Part shown: one piece after another, positions 7,832 through 16,707 of the stretch
Position numbering within the stretch: position 1 is the first letter of the stretch
Layout: each line of letters starts with the position of its first letter
Virus record (IMG/VR): IMGVR_UViG_3300008627_000683
Coordinates: 57,366-77,365 of that record
Reading direction: 5' to 3' (one strand)
DNA: 20,000 bases
From: an uncultured virus (IMG/VR IMGVR_UViG_3300008627_000683)
Taxonomy: Duplodnaviria; Heunggongvirae; Uroviricota; Caudoviricetes
The notes under the pieces: generated by a model
Seen by the model: only the letters and a program-made list of their open reading frames with translations
Databases searched by the model: none
Told to the model about the DNA's origin: nothing
Made by a program: the position numbers and the translations under genes

Positions 7832-8320
7832 TTAATTGTTAAATTTTGCTTTCTTATTAATAGATGTCCAACCAAATCCTCTAACAGAGTAGTAACAAGA
7901 AACAACTTTCCAACTTGGAATTTTAGGTTCTGCTGATTCCATTCCCAATTTGAATATATTGTCTGCTTGTTTTCGAAGGCTTTTGATACTTGTTTTGTCT
8001 AAAGCGCCTTGGTCTTTGTGTTTTCTAATAGCACCGTAAAGAGCATCATGTATAACTGCACCACGGGCAACATCCCACGGAGAAATAATACTCCACATTG
8101 CTCTGGATATTGATGCTAAATCTGTTTTATATCCAACTGGAGCTGTGATCATAATATGATCATCAGTTTCTCTAATTTTTACATCTGTAAGTTTCCAAAC
8201 TGACATTGAATTAACAATATCAGCAACTCTACTTTTTTCAATCTCAAATGTAAGAGACTCAGTTAATACCCATTCTCTCGGGCCAAGAAAATCTGCTTGT
8301 AAATAATCATGCCACCGCAT
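7832..8320 (-). CDS. DUF1353 family protein
   Basis: P-x-G-Y-x-TDLASI, AVIHDALY, ADNIF and YYSVRGFG match the recognisable DUF1353 pattern. TATAAATA at 8350-8357. Confidence 0.8.
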   Translation of the reverse strand: MRWHDYLQADFLGPREWVLTESLTFEIEKSRVADIVNSMSVWKLTDVKIRETDDHIMITAPVGYKTDLASISRAMWSIISPWDVARGAVIHDALYGAIRKHKDQGALDKTSIKSLRKQADNIFKLGMESAEPKIPSWKVVSCYYSVRGFGWTSINKKAKFNN

Positions 8321-8352
8321 AGTATAAATTCCTGTTAGGTTGTTTATACTAT

Positions 8353-9771
8353 TTATAATTCCTCGTTGTTTCGCATGTTGCTGAGTAGAGAACGAATTTT
8401 ACTACCACTTGCTTCTGCTGTAACTTTGGGAGCATCACCTGCACTACTGACTGTTGCACTTCTGTTAATTTTGTTGAATATGTCTGTTTGGGATCCTGCT
8501 GGTGTATATTCTGTGCTTTCATCATTTTGATATGACTGTGCATCTTCTCCCAGATCTCTAATACGTAAACTTTCCAAATCAAATTCTAGATCAAGTTTTT
8601 GGCCAACACCACTACTACTTCTAGTTTTCATAAACTGTATTTGATATCTTCCACGCTCACGCATTGCTCTACTTGTAAAAATACCAATAACATTGTCTGC
8701 TGTATTAACTTTACTAATACCGCCTGCAATATGTGAATGATCAAACTCAATTTCATCCACAGCACCTCTGTTTAACTGCGATGCTGTAACTAATACAGTG
8801 TCTAGTTCTTTAGCAAAGTTTCTTAGTTCTTCTGCTACATACTTGTCTTTAACAAACAAATCACTTGGTGCTACTTTAGCACTTACCGGCATACACAGAT
8901 CTAAGTAATCAATCAAAATCGCATCTGGCTTTATACCCTTTTGCACACTTAATTCTTTTACATAACTGCGAAAATCATTAATGTTACTTTGTGCTGGCAT
9001 ATACTTAATTTGTAATTTACCCGCCTTCTTAGATACTAACTTAATTTTCATTTCAACTGTATCAAGATCTTTAAAAATTTCTTTTGTTGCAATGTTAGAT
9101 ATCATACTGTCAATACGCATTGCTGTAAGTTCTTCGCTTAATTCCAATGTAAAATATAAAACATTTAATCCGGCCAATACCCAGTTAACTGCTACGTTTT
9201 GCATAAACAAACTTTTACCACTACCACTGCCACCTGCAAAAATATTTAACTCGCCCTTGTTAAAGCCACCAAACAGTTTCTTGTCAAACGTTGGCCAACC
9301 TGTGCTCAACTGTCCGTTATTAGATTTTAGCGATAGTAGTCTTTCTCTTGGATTGTCCCAATAGTCTGTACCCATATCTTTTGTAAGACCAATCTGTACT
9401 GCTTTCTTAATTTTAGACTCAACTAGGTTGTAGTCACCCTTTTCTAATAGATCAGCACTATCTAAAATTGCTCTCTCAAGTTCTTTATGCCTACTAAAAG
9501 TTTCAAACTCATCCATTAACCAATTAGTGTGGTCTTCTGCTACTTCTTCTATAATATTTAATTTAGAACCTGTTTTACTGTTTATTTGTTTTATTTCGGG
9601 CAAAGATTTATATTCATTCACATATTCTTTTATAAACTTTGCTACTGGACGCAAACTTCTATCAAAGTTTTGCGGATTAAAAATGTTCTGTACTCTTACG
9701 TATGCTTCCGGATTTGCCACAAGCATTTCAAGATACAGTTTTTGTAGATCTACGTTATACTCTTTGTTCAT
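8353..9771 (-). CDS. Replicative helicase, DnaB/T4 gp41-like (SF4)
   Basis: Walker A GGSGSGKS, YFTLELSE, Walker B ILIDYLD, TASQLNR and KTR arginine finger; adjacent to the primase. Confidence 0.93.
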   Translation of the reverse strand: MNKEYNVDLQKLYLEMLVANPEAYVRVQNIFNPQNFDRSLRPVAKFIKEYVNEYKSLPEIKQINSKTGSKLNIIEEVAEDHTNWLMDEFETFSRHKELERAILDSADLLEKGDYNLVESKIKKAVQIGLTKDMGTDYWDNPRERLLSLKSNNGQLSTGWPTFDKKLFGGFNKGELNIFAGGSGSGKSLFMQNVAVNWVLAGLNVLYFTLELSEELTAMRIDSMISNIATKEIFKDLDTVEMKIKLVSKKAGKLQIKYMPAQSNINDFRSYVKELSVQKGIKPDAILIDYLDLCMPVSAKVAPSDLFVKDKYVAEELRNFAKELDTVLVTASQLNRGAVDEIEFDHSHIAGGISKVNTADNVIGIFTSRAMRERGRYQIQFMKTRSSSGVGQKLDLEFDLESLRIRDLGEDAQSYQNDESTEYTPAGSQTDIFNKINRSATVSSAGDAPKVTAEASGSKIRSLLSNMRNNEEL

Positions 9772-10738
9772 TTAGTCTTTTCTTTGCCATTAAGTTTATC
9801 TTGAGACTCGATGTCTCAACATTATCTATTATATTTTTTAGTGTAAATATTCTACCATATTGGACTATTGCTTCGTTTATATCCTTACAAGTGTCGTGCC
9901 ACGTTGGAAAACTTACGTCCCAGTTATATTTTAGTGCTTGCTGTATAAGTTTGTTTCCGGCACTATCGTTATCAGGTACCATTATAACTTGCCTGTTTAA
10001 ACTCTCAATCAAATCAACCTGTGCATCACTTATATCACTGCCTAGTATAGCAACGCCTTCTACAGCAATAGCATCAAATGGGCCTTCTGTCACAATAACA
10101 AACTTGCGATCTTCTGTTTGCCCATCCATATTAAACACAAACCCCTGTGGTGTGCTAGTAAAATATTTTGGATTACCACGCACAGTTAAACGTGCGGTGT
10201 ATCCTACAATTTCTCCTTTCCAAAAGAATGGTATTATTACACGCCTGTCAAACTTTGTTTCTGTTATTGGCGTCCAATAAAAATTGTAGTCATTAATACT
10301 TAGCCCTCTGTTTGCCAAATACTTTACAATTTGGGTATTATCGCTTTTTAGCAGGTTGCTTTCTTTTGGAAAATCTTTAAGTTCAAAGTTAAACTCTGTT
10401 TCTTCTTCAATAAGATCGTGTTCAATAGCAGTTTCTTTTAACTGTATTGCTGTTAATACAAGGCGCTTAATATCACCTTCCGGAACACTTAGCCACGACA
10501 TTAACTGCCGCATTTTTCTGCTTAAATGTCTTCCGGGTTGCCAGCCTGTTTTATACCCACAGTTGAAACAATTATATGAGATCGCCTCACCGTTGATTAT
10601 AATACCGCCTCGGCCACGCTTATCTTGTGTTTCTCCGTTATGTATGCAACAAGGCGCATTAAATGAATTCCAGCCACTAGAACTTTTCTTTACCCTTCCA
10701 GGCAAATTGTTCATAATAACTGACTGTACTAAGTTCAT
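9755..10738 (-). CDS. DNA primase (Zn-binding + TOPRIM, T4 gp61/DnaG-like)
   Basis: PCCIH...CFNC Zn ligands, VTEGPFDA, VPDND, KDINE. Start placed at ATG 10738 because of the promoter position. Confidence 0.92.
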   Translation of the reverse strand: MNLVQSVIMNNLPGRVKKSSSGWNSFNAPCCIHNGETQDKRGRGGIIINGEAISYNCFNCGYKTGWQPGRHLSRKMRQLMSWLSVPEGDIKRLVLTAIQLKETAIEHDLIEEETEFNFELKDFPKESNLLKSDNTQIVKYLANRGLSINDYNFYWTPITETKFDRRVIIPFFWKGEIVGYTARLTVRGNPKYFTSTPQGFVFNMDGQTEDRKFVIVTEGPFDAIAVEGVAILGSDISDAQVDLIESLNRQVIMVPDNDSAGNKLIQQALKYNWDVSFPTWHDTCKDINEAIVQYGRIFTLKNIIDNVETSSLKINLMAKKRLNEQRV

Positions 10739-10744
10739 AGTACT

Positions 10745-10773
10745 ATTATACAACCTGATGTGCTATATGTCAA
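10745..10773 (-). promoter_or_regulatory. Perfect sigma70 consensus promoter
   Basis: TTGACA (10773-10768), 17-nt spacer, TATAAT (10750-10745), then 6 nt to the primase ATG. Confidence 0.88.
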
Positions 10774-10787
10774 GAATCATAATGATA

Positions 10788-12530
10788 TTATTCAATAGCA
10801 AATGAATTAGTAATATTTGCTATACCTTCCTGGGAAAAAGAATGATAAAGATATTGTTCAATAACAAATGAATGACTATATAATTTATTATTAATTTCAA
10901 TGACGTCTATAAAAAATCCATACTTTTCATTGAAAAAGTTTAACTTTTTTACTAATTGGTCTGCCATAAACTTTAGAAAATAATAATGCTTATCTAGATA
11001 ATACGAAAATGGTGCCAAGTCATAGCTATTTTGTTGCCTCTGCAATTGGTAATGGTTATACAGTGCCGATATGTTCCTAGATAAAAAATAATCTTGTATG
11101 TAATTTGTATCCATTATTAAATTTACATCTATCAAATCTAAATCTACATCTTTGTTTATAATACTTTTATATGTGCTATCAATGCCATTTAATGGAATTT
11201 CCTCGCCAAACGAATAACTTGAATTACTAAATTTAATAAATCTTATCTTAGATAAATTGTGTTTTTTTTGATAATTAATATCATAGGCTGGTGAATTTGG
11301 AAGTATTATCCAGGGATGAAGTAATACCAAGTCTATATTAACGAGAGAAAATTCTTTAAACATATATATATTTTTTTCTAAGGTGGCGCCTGGTAAGCCA
11401 TTTATAACCTCTGCTTTTATATATTGTCCTGCTTTTTTTAATGTTTTTATAAGTTCTTTATTTTCTTCCCAAGTAATACTTGGTCTATTAATATTATCCA
11501 AAACTTCTTTATCTATGTGTTGCAAAGAAACTTTAGATATGCTGCCTTTGGGTGTTTTTGAATTTTTGGCTTTATATAACTCAAGTTCTAATACACGATC
11601 TTTATGTAATTTTGCATTACTAGGATTTTCAAAATAATGGTAATCATTACTAAAATTATCATGGCCAAACTTAACTACATCTACGTCATCTTTAAGTATT
11701 CCCACATTTGCATCCGTAATCATAAGAACTACATATTTAAGTTTTGATAAAAATTTTATTTCTTCCCTCCAATCCAATGTAGCTACATTAACTTTATGAT
11801 GTAACCCAGAAGACCAGTCGCAAAAAGTACAAGCATACGGACATCCTCGGACTCTTTCCCATGGAATAAATATAAACGAATCCGAATTACTGTCATTTTG
11901 TTTTGCATCCAGGCCTTTCGCCTCTAACCATTTTACTCTATTCTTTTTTGCAACTTCATACTCTTGTAGTAGATCTTGTTTTAAATCCAAGTAAGGATTA
12001 TATGCTAGATGATCTTTAAATTTAAAAATCTTATACCGGGTTTTAAACTCTTTAGTTATTAAATTAGGAATAGTCTGCTCGTTTATTGGAGTAATAAAAC
12101 TATCTAATAGCATTTGGAATGTTTCTTCACCATCTCCATAACAAACATAGTCAAAATAAGGATTCTTTTTTGCGTATTCTGTGCCCAAAACATGTTCAAC
12201 TTCAGGACCACCTGCTATTATAATACAATTAGGAAAGACCTTTTTAATTTTCTTTGCTAATCGAATCGAATTATTAGAATTCCAAAGATAAAGGGTAAGA
12301 CAAACAATATCAGGTTTTTTTTCTTTGATTACGTTAAACGCTTTATTAACTTGGTTACCTTTTGTGTTGGGGCTGAACCCATTCTCATTCGGTAACCAGG
12401 TATAATTTTTATAATGTTTTCCTGTCTTTTTATAAAAAGATCTTAAACTATAAGAAACTAAACTGATTATGGGGCCGGTGTATCTCGACTGATCCGTGCC
12501 TGTATGTAAATTAATAAACTGCACTTTCAT
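10788..12530 (-). CDS. Cobalamin-binding radical SAM enzyme
   Basis: N-terminal B12-binding-like domain (PDIVCLTLYLWN...IIAGGPE...DYVCYGDGEETF), RGCPYACTFC (CxxxCxxC) and INGLPG. Confidence 0.88.
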   Translation of the reverse strand: MKVQFINLHTGTDQSRYTGPIISLVSYSLRSFYKKTGKHYKNYTWLPNENGFSPNTKGNQVNKAFNVIKEKKPDIVCLTLYLWNSNNSIRLAKKIKKVFPNCIIIAGGPEVEHVLGTEYAKKNPYFDYVCYGDGEETFQMLLDSFITPINEQTIPNLITKEFKTRYKIFKFKDHLAYNPYLDLKQDLLQEYEVAKKNRVKWLEAKGLDAKQNDSNSDSFIFIPWERVRGCPYACTFCDWSSGLHHKVNVATLDWREEIKFLSKLKYVVLMITDANVGILKDDVDVVKFGHDNFSNDYHYFENPSNAKLHKDRVLELELYKAKNSKTPKGSISKVSLQHIDKEVLDNINRPSITWEENKELIKTLKKAGQYIKAEVINGLPGATLEKNIYMFKEFSLVNIDLVLLHPWIILPNSPAYDINYQKKHNLSKIRFIKFSNSSYSFGEEIPLNGIDSTYKSIINKDVDLDLIDVNLIMDTNYIQDYFLSRNISALYNHYQLQRQQNSYDLAPFSYYLDKHYYFLKFMADQLVKKLNFFNEKYGFFIDVIEINNKLYSHSFVIEQYLYHSFSQEGIANITNSFAIE

Positions 12531-12564
12531 AACGTATTATATATTACATTATTATTTAACAATG

Positions 12565-13335
12565 TTATGAGCGGTAAAGAATTTTTTCCATACTACCTGC
12601 AGTTGGTGTGTGTACAAATCGTACTCTGTTATAAACTCCATTCCAGTTAGTATATGCAATGCCGGTTTTTGATGCCAAAGTTACAGTTTTAATGTCAAAA
12701 TAATCGGCAGGCGCCACATTATCATTTAATGTTGCTTGTACTTTGATATCACCACTGTAACCATTTACATAAAATGCGGCAGTATGTAATCCTGTATTTT
12801 GGTTTAATTTTGACTCTGCCACTAAAGGATCACTGGTATATGTACCGCCTGCTTCCTGGAAGTCTGCTAATTTTAATTCTAGACTTTCTTTTATGTCTGG
12901 GAACACTCCATCTAAGATTTGTAATTGGCCAATAACATCATATGCGCCGTCTACGTACCCAATCATTTGATTTTCTTCACCGTCTACAACCTTCACTGAA
13001 TAATTTAGATATTGGCTATCTAAATTTAACAAATCACCTTCTGTAATAGTAACCTTTGCCTTGCCATTAATACCATCTACAATCGTTGCTGTTTTATTTA
13101 AAAGCACACTTGTTCCGTCCGACGAGTTTAGTATACTAAACGTAATCGTCTTGTCTGTAATGGTTAAAGTTTTTTGGTTATCGTTTTTCAATTGTATTTG
13201 TATTGTGTTATCAATACCTTTGTATAATTTAATCGGATGATTATACATTTCATACCCCCAATGTTGTTTGTCAGTGTCAACCTTAATTTTCAAATTAATA
13301 ATTTGGTCATATAAATAGACAGTAGTAACTAGCAT
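12565..13335 (-). CDS. Putative structural protein (beta-rich; BppU/baseplate-like N-terminal part)
   Basis: 256 aa, beta-rich, includes GKAKVTITEGDL. AATAAATA at 13355-13362 and AAGGA RBS upstream. Confidence 0.6.
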   Translation of the reverse strand: MLVTTVYLYDQIINLKIKVDTDKQHWGYEMYNHPIKLYKGIDNTIQIQLKNDNQKTLTITDKTITFSILNSSDGTSVLLNKTATIVDGINGKAKVTITEGDLLNLDSQYLNYSVKVVDGEENQMIGYVDGAYDVIGQLQILDGVFPDIKESLELKLADFQEAGGTYTSDPLVAESKLNQNTGLHTAAFYVNGYSGDIKVQATLNDNVAPADYFDIKTVTLASKTGIAYTNWNGVYNRVRFVHTPTAGSMEKILYRS

Positions 13336-13364
13336 TTTATAAAATCCTTTACTATATTTATTTT

Positions 13365-13739
13365 ATGTCTAACATTTATCAAGAACTAACCGAGAAATAC
13401 CCGTTTATAAGTTATATCAAGTATGTTGATAAAGAGTTTATTGGCATTATTTTAAATAAAGATGCATCAATTATTAGTATATATGACTATAATGCGCTTC
13501 CTAGCATTAAAGTAAAGCAAAAATTTTTAGAATTGGGAGATGTCTGGTGGTGGGAATCCAATAGATTATTTCCTATTAACGTTTTTCTTAAAAAAGAATT
13601 TGTACCTTTCAAACCTTATATTAAAACATTTATGGCGAAAGATGTAGAAATAGTCCATGGCCCATATGTTAGTATGAATGAACTTGCTCAACGCAGAACA
13701 AAACGTAGAAATATTCAATTAGTCCAAAAGGTAAAATAG
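13365..13739 (+). CDS. Hypothetical phage protein
   Basis: 124 aa, divergent from 12565..13335; contains LGDVWWWESNR and a basic C-terminus. Confidence 0.75.
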   Translation: MSNIYQELTEKYPFISYIKYVDKEFIGIILNKDASIISIYDYNALPSIKVKQKFLELGDVWWWESNRLFPINVFLKKEFVPFKPYIKTFMAKDVEIVHGPYVSMNELAQRRTKRRNIQLVQKVK

Positions 13740-13744
13740 GTAAA

Positions 13745-15058
13745 ATGAGTGATAATGCACATCAAGTACACAATAGATCAATTATTAACACTAAACAGTC
13801 TAAATTACAATGTAGATTAAAATGGTCACTTAGCACCATATTTTTAACTACAAATACGACTGCAAGTTGCCATAGATGTGATCATAATCCAATTACGGAA
13901 GATTTTAATTTTCATAATACTCATCAAAAGGTACATGCTCGATTGCAGATGTTGCGCGATGAGTGGCCAGAGTTAGGATGCGAACACTGTAGAGTTATTG
14001 AGCAGGCAGGAGGAATGAGTGATAGACTCTTACATGACGACATGGGATTTGCCCCGTCATCTCCGCCTGAATTATTTGATAATCCAAATGCAGTTCATGT
14101 TACTCCAACGCAACTTGAAATATATTTCAGTAATCTTTGCCAATTATCCTGTACATATTGTGGTTCGTATTTTAGTAGTACATGGGAGGCAGAAGACAAA
14201 AAATATGGTGACATACATGATTTCATGTATCCTGATGACCACAAGGCCGGCCGGCCTAATTATCAAGAACTTAAATATTTAGATAAAGTATTTGACTGGT
14301 TAGATAAAAATGGCCAGCACCTAAGATCATTATACATTTTAGGGGGAGAACCCTTTATACAACCACAGTCTGATCGTTTGTTAGATTTCATTGCAGGAAA
14401 TGGTGATAAATTTAAAAATTTAGATTTATTCTTTTTTAGTAATCTATCAAGTGATAATATAGAACCAAAAATTATTAAATTAAAGCAACTTCTAGAAGAG
14501 GGTAGATTACACAATGCTCATATTGTCGGCAGTATTGATTGTTGGGGTAAGGAAGCAGAGTATGTAAGATATGGACTAGATATAGAATTATTTGATAAAA
14601 ACATGAAATATATAATCGACGCCGGACTTGACACTACAATAAACATATGTTGGTCTCCTATATCTACTTTTACTATGCCTGATCTTATTGAAAAATATCA
14701 AGAATGGAATCAACGACATATTACGAGAGGGAAGGAATGGGGTATGAATATTAGTTTAATGCAAGCCTCTGGTAAAGACTGGATGCACCCTTCAATATTT
14801 GGTCCGAAAATTTTAGATTGGGGATACAACCAATCAATTGACATGTTAATAAATATTGCAAACGAAAATTCTGAAAGCACAACCAGGGAATCTGTCATTG
14901 AATATCTTGAAGGAATAAAAAAAGCAATTGAGTCGGATATTCCTAATAAAAAAGCACAACAGGAATTACATAGATATCTAACAGAACTGGATCGCAGGCG
15001 TGGAACAGATTATAGAGAACTTTTCCCTATAATCTACGAAGAGATTCATAAGCAATAA
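13745..15058 (+). CDS. Radical SAM protein with N-terminal auxiliary Cys-cluster (twitch/SPASM-like) domain
   Basis: CQLSCTYC, ILGGEPF and GSID. N-terminal CRLKW...ASCHRC...CEHC. Confidence 0.88.
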   Translation: MSDNAHQVHNRSIINTKQSKLQCRLKWSLSTIFLTTNTTASCHRCDHNPITEDFNFHNTHQKVHARLQMLRDEWPELGCEHCRVIEQAGGMSDRLLHDDMGFAPSSPPELFDNPNAVHVTPTQLEIYFSNLCQLSCTYCGSYFSSTWEAEDKKYGDIHDFMYPDDHKAGRPNYQELKYLDKVFDWLDKNGQHLRSLYILGGEPFIQPQSDRLLDFIAGNGDKFKNLDLFFFSNLSSDNIEPKIIKLKQLLEEGRLHNAHIVGSIDCWGKEAEYVRYGLDIELFDKNMKYIIDAGLDTTINICWSPISTFTMPDLIEKYQEWNQRHITRGKEWGMNISLMQASGKDWMHPSIFGPKILDWGYNQSIDMLINIANENSESTTRESVIEYLEGIKKAIESDIPNKKAQQELHRYLTELDRRRGTDYRELFPIIYEEIHKQ

Positions 15059-15060
15059 AA

Positions 15061-15068
15061 CATAAATA
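15061..15068 (+). promoter_or_regulatory. Late-promoter-like CATAAATA
   Basis: CATAAATA-CAGTT-ATG(15074). Confidence 0.6.
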
Positions 15069-15073
15069 CAGTT

Positions 15074-16699
15074 ATGCGTTTTAATGAATTTAAATTATTT
15101 GAAGCAAATTTATCGTTTGGTGATTTCCATCAAGCTGCTGAAGAACGATGGGATGTTTTTTTAAATCGCGTCAAAGGAAAGATTCCATGGGACGGCACAA
15201 TTGCACCTACTTTGGGTGGGCAAGAATATGATTATCCCAAAGCAAGATCCGGAACGTATCCTTATAATATATACATTGGATACGCAAATGCCACCAGCCA
15301 AAGTAAACTTTTAAAGTCAATTCAATCAGGATCCTTCTATGGCTATCTAGACGGTAAATCTTGGGTAGTACCGGTTTATGATCCTAAAACTAATACACAA
15401 TTAGACAATTATAGAATTTCAAATCTCTTTAAAGATCATCAATTTGCCGAACCACATCGTATTAAAAGTAAAGATCAAATCGCAAATTTTGGTAATTTAA
15501 CAGAATCCTTGGCAGGTGCAGGTTTAACAGCAAAATTTACTAAACGTGTACAAGGCGGAGTCCAGCCTATCGAAGTTAAAGACATTCTTAAAATAATTTC
15601 AAAATTAACAGTAGATAATAGTAGTAGTCAAGAAGTAAAAATTAATTCAAAAGAATTACACAAAGAAGACGTGGTGTATGCTTCTGCAGAATATAAAAGT
15701 AATTTACAAGATAAAATTGTTTGGAGAATTAAAACTCAAGAACAGGCTTTTAGGGAACTAGTAGCGATTGGAGAAGGGAAGCATTTAGATAATCCAAAAC
15801 TATTAGGCTTGCTTGGGGCAGTTGCAAATTATGCTAATTCTCGATTAATGACGCAATACTCTAGATTTTTTGCAACGAATCTCAAAGTTGATGAGATTAT
15901 AGTAGATACCGACGGTATAGGTGGTGCCGCTTCCTTGCAGTCTGGAGGAGGTACTAAAGCAGACCTATTTATAGTTGCTAACGGAAAAAAACTTAGATAT
16001 GCAAATCTTTCATTAAAAGCCACTAATCCAGATATTGGACAACAAGCACTTGTTGGTAAACCACAAGGAAACCTAACAGCAGAAAAACTAAAAGATCATT
16101 TGTGGAACAATTTGATAACTTTATGGAAAGGGTTTGACGATGGTACAAACTATATCAATGTTGAAAATATACTTTCAAAAGAAGAGTATTTAAATTCCAT
16201 TGGTATCACTAGTGATATGGATTCTAATCAAATCGAAAAGGCAATAAACAGCCAATTACAAGCTAGCCAGAAAAAGGTTCGGCCCGGTATACAAAAAATG
16301 TTCAGCGCAGTTGCGAACAATATTAAACAAATTTGGCTTAAAAACGATGATTCACAATCAGAATACGATTTTATACAAGCACTGGTAAACTTTGTTGAAT
16401 ATCATGCAGCCAGAGAAGATAATGTAGAGTTAGTTGATTTTAAGGCAACCGGCGATTATAGTGTCCATTCTTTTAAAAACTTATATAAACTACTTAAAGA
16501 TATAGATTTTGATGTCGGGGAATATAAGACAAACGCGGGTAACGTAGGATTTAAAGTTTATGATATCAATAATCCAAAAGATGTATTGGTGTCTTTATAT
16601 TTTCAGCCGAGAGCAGGGCAATCCACATATAAACTGGCTGTAAAAAAGGGACCTCTACTGAAGAAAGTTACTAATGTGAGTCACAAACGTAATAAGTAA
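15074..16699 (+). CDS. Large hypothetical protein with PD-(D/E)XK-like nuclease motif
   Basis: 541 aa. GNLTES helix, then TKADLFIV...NLSLKA (D...S-x-K variant of the nuclease core). N-terminus MRFNEFKLFE. Confidence 0.55.
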   Translation: MRFNEFKLFEANLSFGDFHQAAEERWDVFLNRVKGKIPWDGTIAPTLGGQEYDYPKARSGTYPYNIYIGYANATSQSKLLKSIQSGSFYGYLDGKSWVVPVYDPKTNTQLDNYRISNLFKDHQFAEPHRIKSKDQIANFGNLTESLAGAGLTAKFTKRVQGGVQPIEVKDILKIISKLTVDNSSSQEVKINSKELHKEDVVYASAEYKSNLQDKIVWRIKTQEQAFRELVAIGEGKHLDNPKLLGLLGAVANYANSRLMTQYSRFFATNLKVDEIIVDTDGIGGAASLQSGGGTKADLFIVANGKKLRYANLSLKATNPDIGQQALVGKPQGNLTAEKLKDHLWNNLITLWKGFDDGTNYINVENILSKEEYLNSIGITSDMDSNQIEKAINSQLQASQKKVRPGIQKMFSAVANNIKQIWLKNDDSQSEYDFIQALVNFVEYHAAREDNVELVDFKATGDYSVHSFKNLYKLLKDIDFDVGEYKTNAGNVGFKVYDINNPKDVLVSLYFQPRAGQSTYKLAVKKGPLLKKVTNVSHKRNK

Positions 16700-16707
16700 G
16701 GTATATA

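Noticed and set aside
8349..8582. 77-aa minus-strand ORF nested in the helicase 3' end
   Set aside because: It is an alternative frame of the low-complexity helicase tail with no independent support.
169..11637. Many + strand ORFs in the track (e.g. 207..557, 6362..7120, 9702..10280)
   Set aside because: They are antisense shadows of well-supported minus-strand genes and show no recognisable motifs.
12531..12564. Sigma70 promoter before the B12-radical SAM gene
   Set aside because: TATAAT is present 5 nt before the ATG, but there is no properly spaced -35 and the region is very AT-rich.
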